Part shown: positions 34,742-44,400 of the stretch, in pieces
Layout: each line of letters starts with the position of its first letter
How positions within the stretch are numbered: position 1 is the stretch's first letter
Origin: Naegleria gruberi
Taxonomy: Eukaryota
Length of the DNA: 47,655 nt
Assembly: GCA_000004985.1 (NCBI GenBank)
Contig: GG738972.1
Reading direction: 5' to 3' (one strand)
Position numbers and translations under genes: made by a program
Notes under the pieces: model-generated
Told to the model about the DNA's origin: nothing
Database searches by the model: none
What the model saw: the letters and a program-made list of their open reading frames with translations, nothing else

Positions 34742-34773
34742 ATTTTGGCTGTTTAAATTCATCAGCCAAAATT
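34742..34773. repeat. Perfect 10-bp inverted repeat (attttggctg / cagccaaaat) with a 12-nt loop, a hairpin-capable element in the divergent intergenic region.
   Basis: rc(attttggctg at 34742-34751) equals cagccaaaat at 34764-34773. Confidence 0.5.
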
Positions 34774-35310
34774 TGAATTGCTTCCTCTCGGATATAGTTT
34801 CATATTGCTTGTTTGAACCACTAGATCCTGCTTTGCTTTATTATCTCTCGGAGGTGTTGATGTTAGAATTTAGTCCTTGTTTTTGCTTCCTACTAACCGT
34901 TTGATATCAAGAATCATTAAGGACAATATGTACACATTTATATTTAGGCAATAATCCAGTTTTTTGCTTGTGAAAAAAATAATAAAAAATATTCAAAACC
35001 ACATCCACAATGTTGGATGAGCGTTAAGGTGTTCGGAAGAGAGGATGTGTTCATTGATGAGCACTCCAAAAAAAATCACTGCTACTCATGCGATTACTAG
35101 GTCTCAATAGTATAGGCAGGGTTATCTACCGTGATGAAACAAATGTGCTAGCTATACACACTTATCTTTCCCATTGGCTCGGAATTATTAGTGACTTGGC
35201 TGCCAGACATCACATTTTAATCTTTTTTAACACCAAACATTAAGGAAGTATCAAGTTATGAAACGAAAAGCAACTTTTTCATGTTAAACTCATATTATCA
35301 ATATGATTTC

Positions 35311-35324
35311 CCGCCTTTTTTCAG
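35311..35324 (+). promoter_or_regulatory. Polypyrimidine 3' splice-acceptor motif ccttttttcAG, 42 nt upstream of the cyclophilin ATG. Candidate trans-splice (SL) acceptor or the end of a 5'-UTR intron.
   Basis: ttttttcag ends at 35324. It matches the nematode-style TTTTCAG acceptor consensus, at the usual short distance upstream of the start codon. Confidence 0.35.
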
Positions 35325-35366
35325 TTGCACAAAATTATTAAAATATTTTTGTCTTGTTCAAAAAAA

Positions 35367-35546
35367 ATGTCATCACGCAAATCGCTCTCCTCACTCAACA
35401 ATTCTAAACTCATCAACACCCAAGCACCAACAAAGAGAACCAAAGTTTTCTTTGATGTTACTATCGCAGGAAAGGATGCCGGACGTATTGTTATGGAACT
35501 TTTCGATGATATGTACCAAAAACTGCTGAAAATTTTAGATGTCTCT
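35367..35546 (+). CDS. Start of a cyclophilin-type peptidyl-prolyl cis-trans isomerase gene, with a Ser/Lys-rich N-terminal extension. The frame is disrupted at about 35511.
   Basis: ATG at 35367 (aaaaaaaATGtca) opens MSSRKSLSSLNNSKLINTQAPTKRTKVFFDVTIAGKDAGRIVMELFDD. The -1 frame from 35513 then reads VPKTAENFRCL. Together these form the conserved cyclophilin N-terminal signature VFFD.TI.G...GRIVMEL..D(I/V)VPKTAENFRAL, closest to nematode cyn-type cyclophilins. The rest of the gene is masked. Confidence 0.7.
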
Positions 35547-38500
35547 NNNNNNNNNNNNNNNNNNNNNNNNNNNNNNNNNNNNNNNNNNNNNNNNNNNNNN
35601 NNNNNNNNNNNNNNNNNNNNNNNNNNNNNNNNNNNNNNNNNNNNNNNNNNNNNNNNNNNNNNNNNNNNNNNNNNNNNNNNNNNNNNNNNNNNNNNNNNNN
35701 NNNNNNNNNNNNNNNNNNNNNNNNNNNNNNNNNNNNNNNNNNNNNNNNNNNNNNNNNNNNNNNNNNNNNNNNNNNNNNNNNNNNNNNNNNNNNNNNNNNN
35801 NNNNNNNNNNNNNNNNNNNNNNNNNNNNNNNNNNNNNNNNNNNNNNNNNNNNNNNNNNNNNNNNNNNNNNNNNNNNNNNNNNNNNNNNNNNNNNNNNNNN
35901 NNNNNNNNNNNNNNNNNNNNNNNNNNNNNNNNNNNNNNNNNNNNNNNNNNNNNNNNNNNNNNNNNNNNNNNNNNNNNNNNNNNNNNNNNNNNNNNNNNNN
36001 NNNNNNNNNNNNNNNNNNNNNNNNNNNNNNNNNNNNNNNNNNNNNNNNNNNNNNNNNNNNNNNNNNNNNNNNNNNNNNNNNNNNNNNNNNNNNNNNNNNN
36101 NNNNNNNNNNNNNNNNNNNNNNNNNNNNNNNNNNNNNNNNNNNNNNNNNNNNNNNNNNNNNNNNNNNNNNNNNNNNNNNNNNNNNNNNNNNNNNNNNNNN
36201 NNNNNNNNNNNNNNNNNNNNNNNNNNNNNNNNNNNNNNNNNNNNNNNNNNNNNNNNNNNNNNNNNNNNNNNNNNNNNNNNNNNNNNNNNNNNNNNNNNNN
36301 NNNNNNNNNNNNNNNNNNNNNNNNNNNNNNNNNNNNNNNNNNNNNNNNNNNNNNNNNNNNNNNNNNNNNNNNNNNNNNNNNNNNNNNNNNNNNNNNNNNN
36401 NNNNNNNNNNNNNNNNNNNNNNNNNNNNNNNNNNNNNNNNNNNNNNNNNNNNNNNNNNNNNNNNNNNNNNNNNNNNNNNNNNNNNNNNNNNNNNNNNNNN
36501 NNNNNNNNNNNNNNNNNNNNNNNNNNNNNNNNNNNNNNNNNNNNNNNNNNNNNNNNNNNNNNNNNNNNNNNNNNNNNNNNNNNNNNNNNNNNNNNNNNNN
36601 NNNNNNNNNNNNNNNNNNNNNNNNNNNNNNNNNNNNNNNNNNNNNNNNNNNNNNNNNNNNNNNNNNNNNNNNNNNNNNNNNNNNNNNNNNNNNNNNNNNN
36701 NNNNNNNNNNNNNNNNNNNNNNNNNNNNNNNNNNNNNNNNNNNNNNNNNNNNNNNNNNNNNNNNNNNNNNNNNNNNNNNNNNNNNNNNNNNNNNNNNNNN
36801 NNNNNNNNNNNNNNNNNNNNNNNNNNNNNNNNNNNNNNNNNNNNNNNNNNNNNNNNNNNNNNNNNNNNNNNNNNNNNNNNNNNNNNNNNNNNNNNNNNNN
36901 NNNNNNNNNNNNNNNNNNNNNNNNNNNNNNNNNNNNNNNNNNNNNNNNNNNNNNNNNNNNNNNNNNNNNNNNNNNNNNNNNNNNNNNNNNNNNNNNNNNN
37001 NNNNNNNNNNNNNNNNNNNNNNNNNNNNNNNNNNNNNNNNNNNNNNNNNNNNNNNNNNNNNNNNNNNNNNNNNNNNNNNNNNNNNNNNNNNNNNNNNNNN
37101 NNNNNNNNNNNNNNNNNNNNNNNNNNNNNNNNNNNNNNNNNNNNNNNNNNNNNNNNNNNNNNNNNNNNNNNNNNNNNNNNNNNNNNNNNNNNNNNNNNNN
37201 NNNNNNNNNNNNNNNNNNNNNNNNNNNNNNNNNNNNNNNNNNNNNNNNNNNNNNNNNNNNNNNNNNNNNNNNNNNNNNNNNNNNNNNNNNNNNNNNNNNN
37301 NNNNNNNNNNNNNNNNNNNNNNNNNNNNNNNNNNNNNNNNNNNNNNNNNNNNNNNNNNNNNNNNNNNNNNNNNNNNNNNNNNNNNNNNNNNNNNNNNNNN
37401 NNNNNNNNNNNNNNNNNNNNNNNNNNNNNNNNNNNNNNNNNNNNNNNNNNNNNNNNNNNNNNNNNNNNNNNNNNNNNNNNNNNNNNNNNNNNNNNNNNNN
37501 NNNNNNNNNNNNNNNNNNNNNNNNNNNNNNNNNNNNNNNNNNNNNNNNNNNNNNNNNNNNNNNNNNNNNNNNNNNNNNNNNNNNNNNNNNNNNNNNNNNN
37601 NNNNNNNNNNNNNNNNNNNNNNNNNNNNNNNNNNNNNNNNNNNNNNNNNNNNNNNNNNNNNNNNNNNNNNNNNNNNNNNNNNNNNNNNNNNNNNNNNNNN
37701 NNNNNNNNNNNNNNNNNNNNNNNNNNNNNNNNNNNNNNNNNNNNNNNNNNNNNNNNNNNNNNNNNNNNNNNNNNNNNNNNNNNNNNNNNNNNNNNNNNNN
37801 NNNNNNNNNNNNNNNNNNNNNNNNNNNNNNNNNNNNNNNNNNNNNNNNNNNNNNNNNNNNNNNNNNNNNNNNNNNNNNNNNNNNNNNNNNNNNNNNNNNN
37901 NNNNNNNNNNNNNNNNNNNNNNNNNNNNNNNNNNNNNNNNNNNNNNNNNNNNNNNNNNNNNNNNNNNNNNNNNNNNNNNNNNNNNNNNNNNNNNNNNNNN
38001 NNNNNNNNNNNNNNNNNNNNNNNNNNNNNNNNNNNNNNNNNNNNNNNNNNNNNNNNNNNNNNNNNNNNNNNNNNNNNNNNNNNNNNNNNNNNNNNNNNNN
38101 NNNNNNNNNNNNNNNNNNNNNNNNNNNNNNNNNNNNNNNNNNNNNNNNNNNNNNNNNNNNNNNNNNNNNNNNNNNNNNNNNNNNNNNNNNNNNNNNNNNN
38201 NNNNNNNNNNNNNNNNNNNNNNNNNNNNNNNNNNNNNNNNNNNNNNNNNNNNNNNNNNNNNNNNNNNNNNNNNNNNNNNNNNNNNNNNNNNNNNNNNNNN
38301 NNNNNNNNNNNNNNNNNNNNNNNNNNNNNNNNNNNNNNNNNNNNNNNNNNNNNNNNNNNNNNNNNNNNNNNNNNNNNNNNNNNNNNNNNNNNNNNNNNNN
38401 NNNNNNNNNNNNNNNNNNNNNNNNNNNNNNNNNNNNNNNNNNNNNNNNNNNNNNNNNNNNNNNNNNNNNNNNNNNNNNNNNNNNNNNNNNNNNNNNNNNN

Positions 38501-39928
38501 NNNNNNNNNNNNNNNNNNNNNNNNNNNNNNNNNNNNNNNNNNNNNNNNNNNNNNNNNNNNNNNNNNNNNNNNNNNNNNNNNNNNNNNNNNNNNNNNNNNN
38601 NNNNNNNNNNNNNNNNNNNNNNNNNNNNNNNNNNNNNNNNNNNNNNNNNNNNNNNNNNNNNNNNNNNNNNNNNNNNNNNNNNNNNNNNNNNNNNNNNNNN
38701 NNNNNNNNNNNNNNNNNNNNNNNNNNNNNNNNNNNNNNNNNNNNNNNNNNNNNNNNNNNNNNNNNNNNNNNNNNNNNNNNNNNNNNNNNNNNNNNNNNNN
38801 NNNNNNNNNNNNNNNNNNNNNNNNNNNNNNNNNNNNNNNNNNNNNNNNNNNNNNNNNNNNNNNNNNNNNNNNNNNNNNNNNNNNNNNNNNNNNNNNNNNN
38901 NNNNNNNNNNNNNNNNNNNNNNNNNNNNNNNNNNNNNNNNNNNNNNNNNNNNNNNNNNNNNNNNNNNNNNNNNNNNNNNNNNNNNNNNNNNNNNNNNNNN
39001 NNNNNNNNNNNNNNNNNNNNNNNNNNNNNNNNNNNNNNNNNNNNNNNNNNNNNNNNNNNNNNNNNNNNNNNNNNNNNNNNNNNNNNNNNNNNNNNNNNNN
39101 NNNNNNNNNNNNNNNNNNNNNNNNNNNNNNNNNNNNNNNNNNNNNNNNNNNNNNNNNNNNNNNNNNNNNNNNNNNNNNNNNNNNNNNNNNNNNNNNNNNN
39201 NNNNNNNNNNNNNNNNNNNNNNNNNNNNNNNNNNNNNNNNNNNNNNNNNNNNNNNNNNNNNNNNNNNNNNNNNNNNNNNNNNNNNNNNNNNNNNNNNNNN
39301 NNNNNNNNNNNNNNNNNNNNNNNNNNNNNNNNNNNNNNNNNNNNNNNNNNNNNNNNNNNNNNNNNNNNNNNNNNNNNNNNNNNNNNNNNNNNNNNNNNNN
39401 NNNNNNNNNNNNNNNNNNNNNNNNNNNNNNNNNNNNNNNNNNNNNNNNNNNNNNNNNNNNNNNNNNNNNNNNNNNNNNNNNNNNNNNNNNNNNNNNNNNN
39501 NNNNNNNNNNNNNNNNNNNNNNNNNNNNNNNNNNNNNNNNNNNNNNNNNNNNNNNNNNNNNNNNNNNNNNNNNNNNNNNNNNNNNNNNNNNNNNNNNNNN
39601 NNNNNNNNNNNNNNNNNNNNNNNNNNNNNNNNNNNNNNNNNNNNNNNNNNNNNNNNNNNNNNNNNNNNNNNNNNNNNNNNNNNNNNNNNNNNNNNNNNNN
39701 NNNNNNNNNNNNNNNNNNNNNNNNNNNNNNNNNNNNNNNNNNNNNNNNNNNNNNNNNNNNNNNNNNNNNNNNNNNNNNNNNNNNNNNNNNNNNNNNNNNN
39801 NNNNNNNNNNNNNNNNNNNNNNNNNNNNNNNNNNNNNNNNNNNNNNNNNNNNNNNNNNNNNNNNNNNNNNNNNNNNNNNNNNNNNNNNNNNNNNNNNNNN
39901 NNNNNNNNNNNNNNNNNNNNNNNNNNNN
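35547..39928. other. Hard-masked block (4,382 N). No sequence is available.
   Basis: n run. It must contain the remainder of the cyclophilin gene and the upstream part of the membrane-protein gene that ends at 40446. Confidence 0.95.
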
Positions 39929-40446
39929 TGGATAGGAATATTGAATTTTACAAAGAGGCTAATAGTGTTTCTTTAGTGATTATTTTACAAACAATACTAA
40001 CACTCATATTAATGAGATATGTGGATGATTTCATTATTTGCTGCCTTATTTCTTTCAACATGTCAACGGCTCTCGGATTGGCCATTTCTTTAAAGCACAT
40101 GATTAAGAATACTGAAAGTATTGAGGGATTATTTGAATCCTCTAATACACCCGCTCAACACTACCTCTCTCCATTATTTGAAATTTTCAGAAATAGATCA
40201 GTTGTAACGAATTTGATTTTATCCAACTTGATGATTCTGGTTATAATGATTGGGGGATTCAAAACATTCATTTGGATACTCATCTTTATTGCAATTGCCA
40301 TAGTAACTGGAACCTCTGGAGGCTCTGGTAGCGTTGATTCCCTCGATCGTAGAATGCTCATCTTTGTTCTTGTGATCTTTGCTTGCATTTCCATTTCTGC
40401 ATTAGCTAAACTGGTAATTTATATCAGAGTCCTCGGCATTAAATAA
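39929..40446 (+). CDS. C-terminal 172 codons of a multi-pass transmembrane protein (at least 5 predicted TM helices). Upstream part is masked.
   Basis: The plus frame is open from the mask edge to TAA at 40444-40446. It reads DRNIEFYKEANSVSLVIILQTILTLILMRYVDDFIICCLISFNMSTALGLAISLKHMIKNTESIEGLFESSNTPAQHYLSPLFEIFRNRSVVTNLILSNLMILVIMIGGFKTFIWILIFIAIAIVTGTSGGSGSVDSLDRRMLIFVLVIFACISISALAKLVIYIRVLGIK, with hydrophobic stretches of 17-24 residues separated by charged loops. The family is not assignable; it could be the tail of a serpentine receptor or a channel. Confidence 0.55.
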
Positions 40447-40637
40447 GCTGCTAATAAATCAGTCAACAAGTAACAAAAGAAAATATAATTTAAAGCCTTC
40501 AAAGGTAATCTATATTCATCAACAGCACTTTCCGTCAGAGAAACATTTGGTGTTGGTCTCAAGTGAATACCACCAGCATTGGCATTCAAAGTAGGAGCAG
40601 ATGAGGTTTTGGCGCTTCCTGATGATTTCTTGCCCAT
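40419..40637 (-). CDS. Small 72-codon minus-strand ORF MGKKSSGSAKTSSAPTLNANAGGIHLRPTPNVSLTESAVDEY... with a good start context. Unverified gene, or the first exon of one.
   Basis: ATG (rc of cat 40635-40637) sits in aaattaaaaaaaATGggc. The N-terminal 40 residues are Ser/Gly/Ala/Thr/Pro-rich like a small tail-anchored protein. Its 3' 28 nt overlap the opposite-strand stop region 40419-40446, so the true 3' end is probably different, either spliced or shorter. Confidence 0.25.
   Translation of the reverse strand: MGKKSSGSAKTSSAPTLNANAGGIHLRPTPNVSLTESAVDEYRLPLKALNYIFFCYLLTDLLAAYLMPRTLI
40454..40459 (+). other. AATAAA polyadenylation signal for the membrane-protein gene.
   Basis: aataaa lies 8 nt after the TAA stop at 40444-40446. 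Confidence 0.4.
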
Positions 40638-40660
40638 TTTTTTAATTTAATCGGCGGAAA

Positions 40661-41419
40661 TTATAAGAGAAAGAGTAAGGCGAGAAATACTAGTGCAGTG
40701 CTCTTGTTAGTGATTCTCACCATGTCATTCATTACACTTGCTATGAGAGTTATTTCCATAAAAAGTGGTGAAACTGAACGATGGCAGCTATCATTATTCG
40801 ATATTACTGATGAAGAATAAATTATTCTGTTGTTAAAAGTATTGTACTGATAATATTGTTGAGTTGATTTATTGAGCAATTCAATTTTCTTCTGAGCATC
40901 TGCATGACCACATCTAGCTGCTTTCCAATACCATTCTCTGGCTTGTTCTTCATCCTTCTCCACTCCCTTTCCAAACTCATAAAACAAACCAACTGTAAAT
41001 TGAGCTTCTGGATCTCCCTGTTCAGCTGCCATCTCATACCATTCCAAAGCTTCCGAATAATTCTGTTCTCTCCCCAATCCAGTTTCAAACATGTATCCAA
41101 TATTGAATAAGGCATTCGTATTATTATTCTGATCGACTGATTTTAGTAACCATTCCATCGCCATTGAGTAATCCTTCTCAAATCCATTCTCACCAGTACA
41201 ATGTAATAATCCAATGCAATTTTGAACCTCTGAATCACATTGATCAGTGCAATTGGAGAATAATTCTTCCAATTCTTCATGTGTTAATTTCCTCTCCACA
41301 TCAGCATCTTGATGATTTTGTTGAGATTGAGGTCTATCTGGAACATGAACAGGAAACCAAGTATTTGCCTTTGGTGTTTGAACTTGTGGCTGCTCCTCTG
41401 TTGAAAGGCAAGATATGCT
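40661..41419 (-). CDS. C-terminal region of a minus-strand gene encoding SEL1-like (Sel1/TPR-type) repeats. Continues upstream into the mask. Its last ~60 codons are probably not coding as drawn.
   Basis: The minus frame is open from the mask edge at 41419 to TAA (rc of tta at 40661-40663). It reads ...STEEQPQVQTPKANTWFPVHVPDRPQSQQNHQDADVERKLTHEELEELFSNCTDQCDSEVQNCIGLLHCTGENGFEKDYSMAMEWLLKSVDQNNNTNALFNIGYMFETGLGREQNYSEALEWYEMAAEQGDPEAQFTVGLFYEFGKGVEKDEEQAREWYWKAARCGHADAQKKIELLNKS... The A..WY.KAAEQG...AQ..LG..Y..G.GV..D spacing is the textbook SEL1 repeat, with about 3 repeats. The track's 'M' at 41299 is a GTG inside the open frame. The tail after ...LLNKS is low-complexity and hydrophobic and contains a GTAATA donor, so it is likely UTR or spliced. 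Confidence 0.6.
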   Translation of the reverse strand, partial: SISCLSTEEQPQVQTPKANTWFPVHVPDRPQSQQNHQDADVERKLTHEELEELFSNCTDQCDSEVQNCIGLLHCTGENGFEKDYSMAMEWLLKSVDQNNNTNALFNIGYMFETGLGREQNYSEALEWYEMAAEQGDPEAQFTVGLFYEFGKGVEKDEEQAREWYWKAARCGHADAQKKIELLNKSTQQYYQYNTFNNRIIYSSSVISNNDSCHRSVSPLFMEITLIASVMNDMVRITNKSTALVFLALLFLL

Positions 41420-44400
41420 NNNNNNNNNNNNNNNNNNNNNNNNNNNNNNNNNNNNNNNNNNNNNNNNNNNNNNNNNNNNNNNNNNNNNNNNNNNNNNNNN
41501 NNNNNNNNNNNNNNNNNNNNNNNNNNNNNNNNNNNNNNNNNNNNNNNNNNNNNNNNNNNNNNNNNNNNNNNNNNNNNNNNNNNNNNNNNNNNNNNNNNNN
41601 NNNNNNNNNNNNNNNNNNNNNNNNNNNNNNNNNNNNNNNNNNNNNNNNNNNNNNNNNNNNNNNNNNNNNNNNNNNNNNNNNNNNNNNNNNNNNNNNNNNN
41701 NNNNNNNNNNNNNNNNNNNNNNNNNNNNNNNNNNNNNNNNNNNNNNNNNNNNNNNNNNNNNNNNNNNNNNNNNNNNNNNNNNNNNNNNNNNNNNNNNNNN
41801 NNNNNNNNNNNNNNNNNNNNNNNNNNNNNNNNNNNNNNNNNNNNNNNNNNNNNNNNNNNNNNNNNNNNNNNNNNNNNNNNNNNNNNNNNNNNNNNNNNNN
41901 NNNNNNNNNNNNNNNNNNNNNNNNNNNNNNNNNNNNNNNNNNNNNNNNNNNNNNNNNNNNNNNNNNNNNNNNNNNNNNNNNNNNNNNNNNNNNNNNNNNN
42001 NNNNNNNNNNNNNNNNNNNNNNNNNNNNNNNNNNNNNNNNNNNNNNNNNNNNNNNNNNNNNNNNNNNNNNNNNNNNNNNNNNNNNNNNNNNNNNNNNNNN
42101 NNNNNNNNNNNNNNNNNNNNNNNNNNNNNNNNNNNNNNNNNNNNNNNNNNNNNNNNNNNNNNNNNNNNNNNNNNNNNNNNNNNNNNNNNNNNNNNNNNNN
42201 NNNNNNNNNNNNNNNNNNNNNNNNNNNNNNNNNNNNNNNNNNNNNNNNNNNNNNNNNNNNNNNNNNNNNNNNNNNNNNNNNNNNNNNNNNNNNNNNNNNN
42301 NNNNNNNNNNNNNNNNNNNNNNNNNNNNNNNNNNNNNNNNNNNNNNNNNNNNNNNNNNNNNNNNNNNNNNNNNNNNNNNNNNNNNNNNNNNNNNNNNNNN
42401 NNNNNNNNNNNNNNNNNNNNNNNNNNNNNNNNNNNNNNNNNNNNNNNNNNNNNNNNNNNNNNNNNNNNNNNNNNNNNNNNNNNNNNNNNNNNNNNNNNNN
42501 NNNNNNNNNNNNNNNNNNNNNNNNNNNNNNNNNNNNNNNNNNNNNNNNNNNNNNNNNNNNNNNNNNNNNNNNNNNNNNNNNNNNNNNNNNNNNNNNNNNN
42601 NNNNNNNNNNNNNNNNNNNNNNNNNNNNNNNNNNNNNNNNNNNNNNNNNNNNNNNNNNNNNNNNNNNNNNNNNNNNNNNNNNNNNNNNNNNNNNNNNNNN
42701 NNNNNNNNNNNNNNNNNNNNNNNNNNNNNNNNNNNNNNNNNNNNNNNNNNNNNNNNNNNNNNNNNNNNNNNNNNNNNNNNNNNNNNNNNNNNNNNNNNNN
42801 NNNNNNNNNNNNNNNNNNNNNNNNNNNNNNNNNNNNNNNNNNNNNNNNNNNNNNNNNNNNNNNNNNNNNNNNNNNNNNNNNNNNNNNNNNNNNNNNNNNN
42901 NNNNNNNNNNNNNNNNNNNNNNNNNNNNNNNNNNNNNNNNNNNNNNNNNNNNNNNNNNNNNNNNNNNNNNNNNNNNNNNNNNNNNNNNNNNNNNNNNNNN
43001 NNNNNNNNNNNNNNNNNNNNNNNNNNNNNNNNNNNNNNNNNNNNNNNNNNNNNNNNNNNNNNNNNNNNNNNNNNNNNNNNNNNNNNNNNNNNNNNNNNNN
43101 NNNNNNNNNNNNNNNNNNNNNNNNNNNNNNNNNNNNNNNNNNNNNNNNNNNNNNNNNNNNNNNNNNNNNNNNNNNNNNNNNNNNNNNNNNNNNNNNNNNN
43201 NNNNNNNNNNNNNNNNNNNNNNNNNNNNNNNNNNNNNNNNNNNNNNNNNNNNNNNNNNNNNNNNNNNNNNNNNNNNNNNNNNNNNNNNNNNNNNNNNNNN
43301 NNNNNNNNNNNNNNNNNNNNNNNNNNNNNNNNNNNNNNNNNNNNNNNNNNNNNNNNNNNNNNNNNNNNNNNNNNNNNNNNNNNNNNNNNNNNNNNNNNNN
43401 NNNNNNNNNNNNNNNNNNNNNNNNNNNNNNNNNNNNNNNNNNNNNNNNNNNNNNNNNNNNNNNNNNNNNNNNNNNNNNNNNNNNNNNNNNNNNNNNNNNN
43501 NNNNNNNNNNNNNNNNNNNNNNNNNNNNNNNNNNNNNNNNNNNNNNNNNNNNNNNNNNNNNNNNNNNNNNNNNNNNNNNNNNNNNNNNNNNNNNNNNNNN
43601 NNNNNNNNNNNNNNNNNNNNNNNNNNNNNNNNNNNNNNNNNNNNNNNNNNNNNNNNNNNNNNNNNNNNNNNNNNNNNNNNNNNNNNNNNNNNNNNNNNNN
43701 NNNNNNNNNNNNNNNNNNNNNNNNNNNNNNNNNNNNNNNNNNNNNNNNNNNNNNNNNNNNNNNNNNNNNNNNNNNNNNNNNNNNNNNNNNNNNNNNNNNN
43801 NNNNNNNNNNNNNNNNNNNNNNNNNNNNNNNNNNNNNNNNNNNNNNNNNNNNNNNNNNNNNNNNNNNNNNNNNNNNNNNNNNNNNNNNNNNNNNNNNNNN
43901 NNNNNNNNNNNNNNNNNNNNNNNNNNNNNNNNNNNNNNNNNNNNNNNNNNNNNNNNNNNNNNNNNNNNNNNNNNNNNNNNNNNNNNNNNNNNNNNNNNNN
44001 NNNNNNNNNNNNNNNNNNNNNNNNNNNNNNNNNNNNNNNNNNNNNNNNNNNNNNNNNNNNNNNNNNNNNNNNNNNNNNNNNNNNNNNNNNNNNNNNNNNN
44101 NNNNNNNNNNNNNNNNNNNNNNNNNNNNNNNNNNNNNNNNNNNNNNNNNNNNNNNNNNNNNNNNNNNNNNNNNNNNNNNNNNNNNNNNNNNNNNNNNNNN
44201 NNNNNNNNNNNNNNNNNNNNNNNNNNNNNNNNNNNNNNNNNNNNNNNNNNNNNNNNNNNNNNNNNNNNNNNNNNNNNNNNNNNNNNNNNNNNNNNNNNNN
44301 NNNNNNNNNNNNNNNNNNNNNNNNNNNNNNNNNNNNNNNNNNNNNNNNNNNNNNNNNNNNNNNNNNNNNNNNNNNNNNNNNNNNNNNNNNNNNNNNNNNN

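Noticed and set aside
40161-40394. 77-aa minus-strand ORF (MEMQAKITRTKMS...).
   Set aside because: It is antisense to the membrane-protein C-terminus, whose plus-strand frame shows clear TM-helix periodicity. Treated as a shadow ORF.
40822-41115. 97-aa minus-strand and 68-aa plus-strand ORFs (the latter at 40904-41110) overlapping the SEL1 repeats.
   Set aside because: They are alternative-frame and antisense readings of the SEL1-repeat coding region. Their products are not protein-like.
34387-41299. The 'M' starts reported at 34389 and 41299.
   Set aside because: Both are GTG codons (rc of cac) inside longer open frames. The track uses bacterial start rules, and in this eukaryotic DNA they are not initiation codons.
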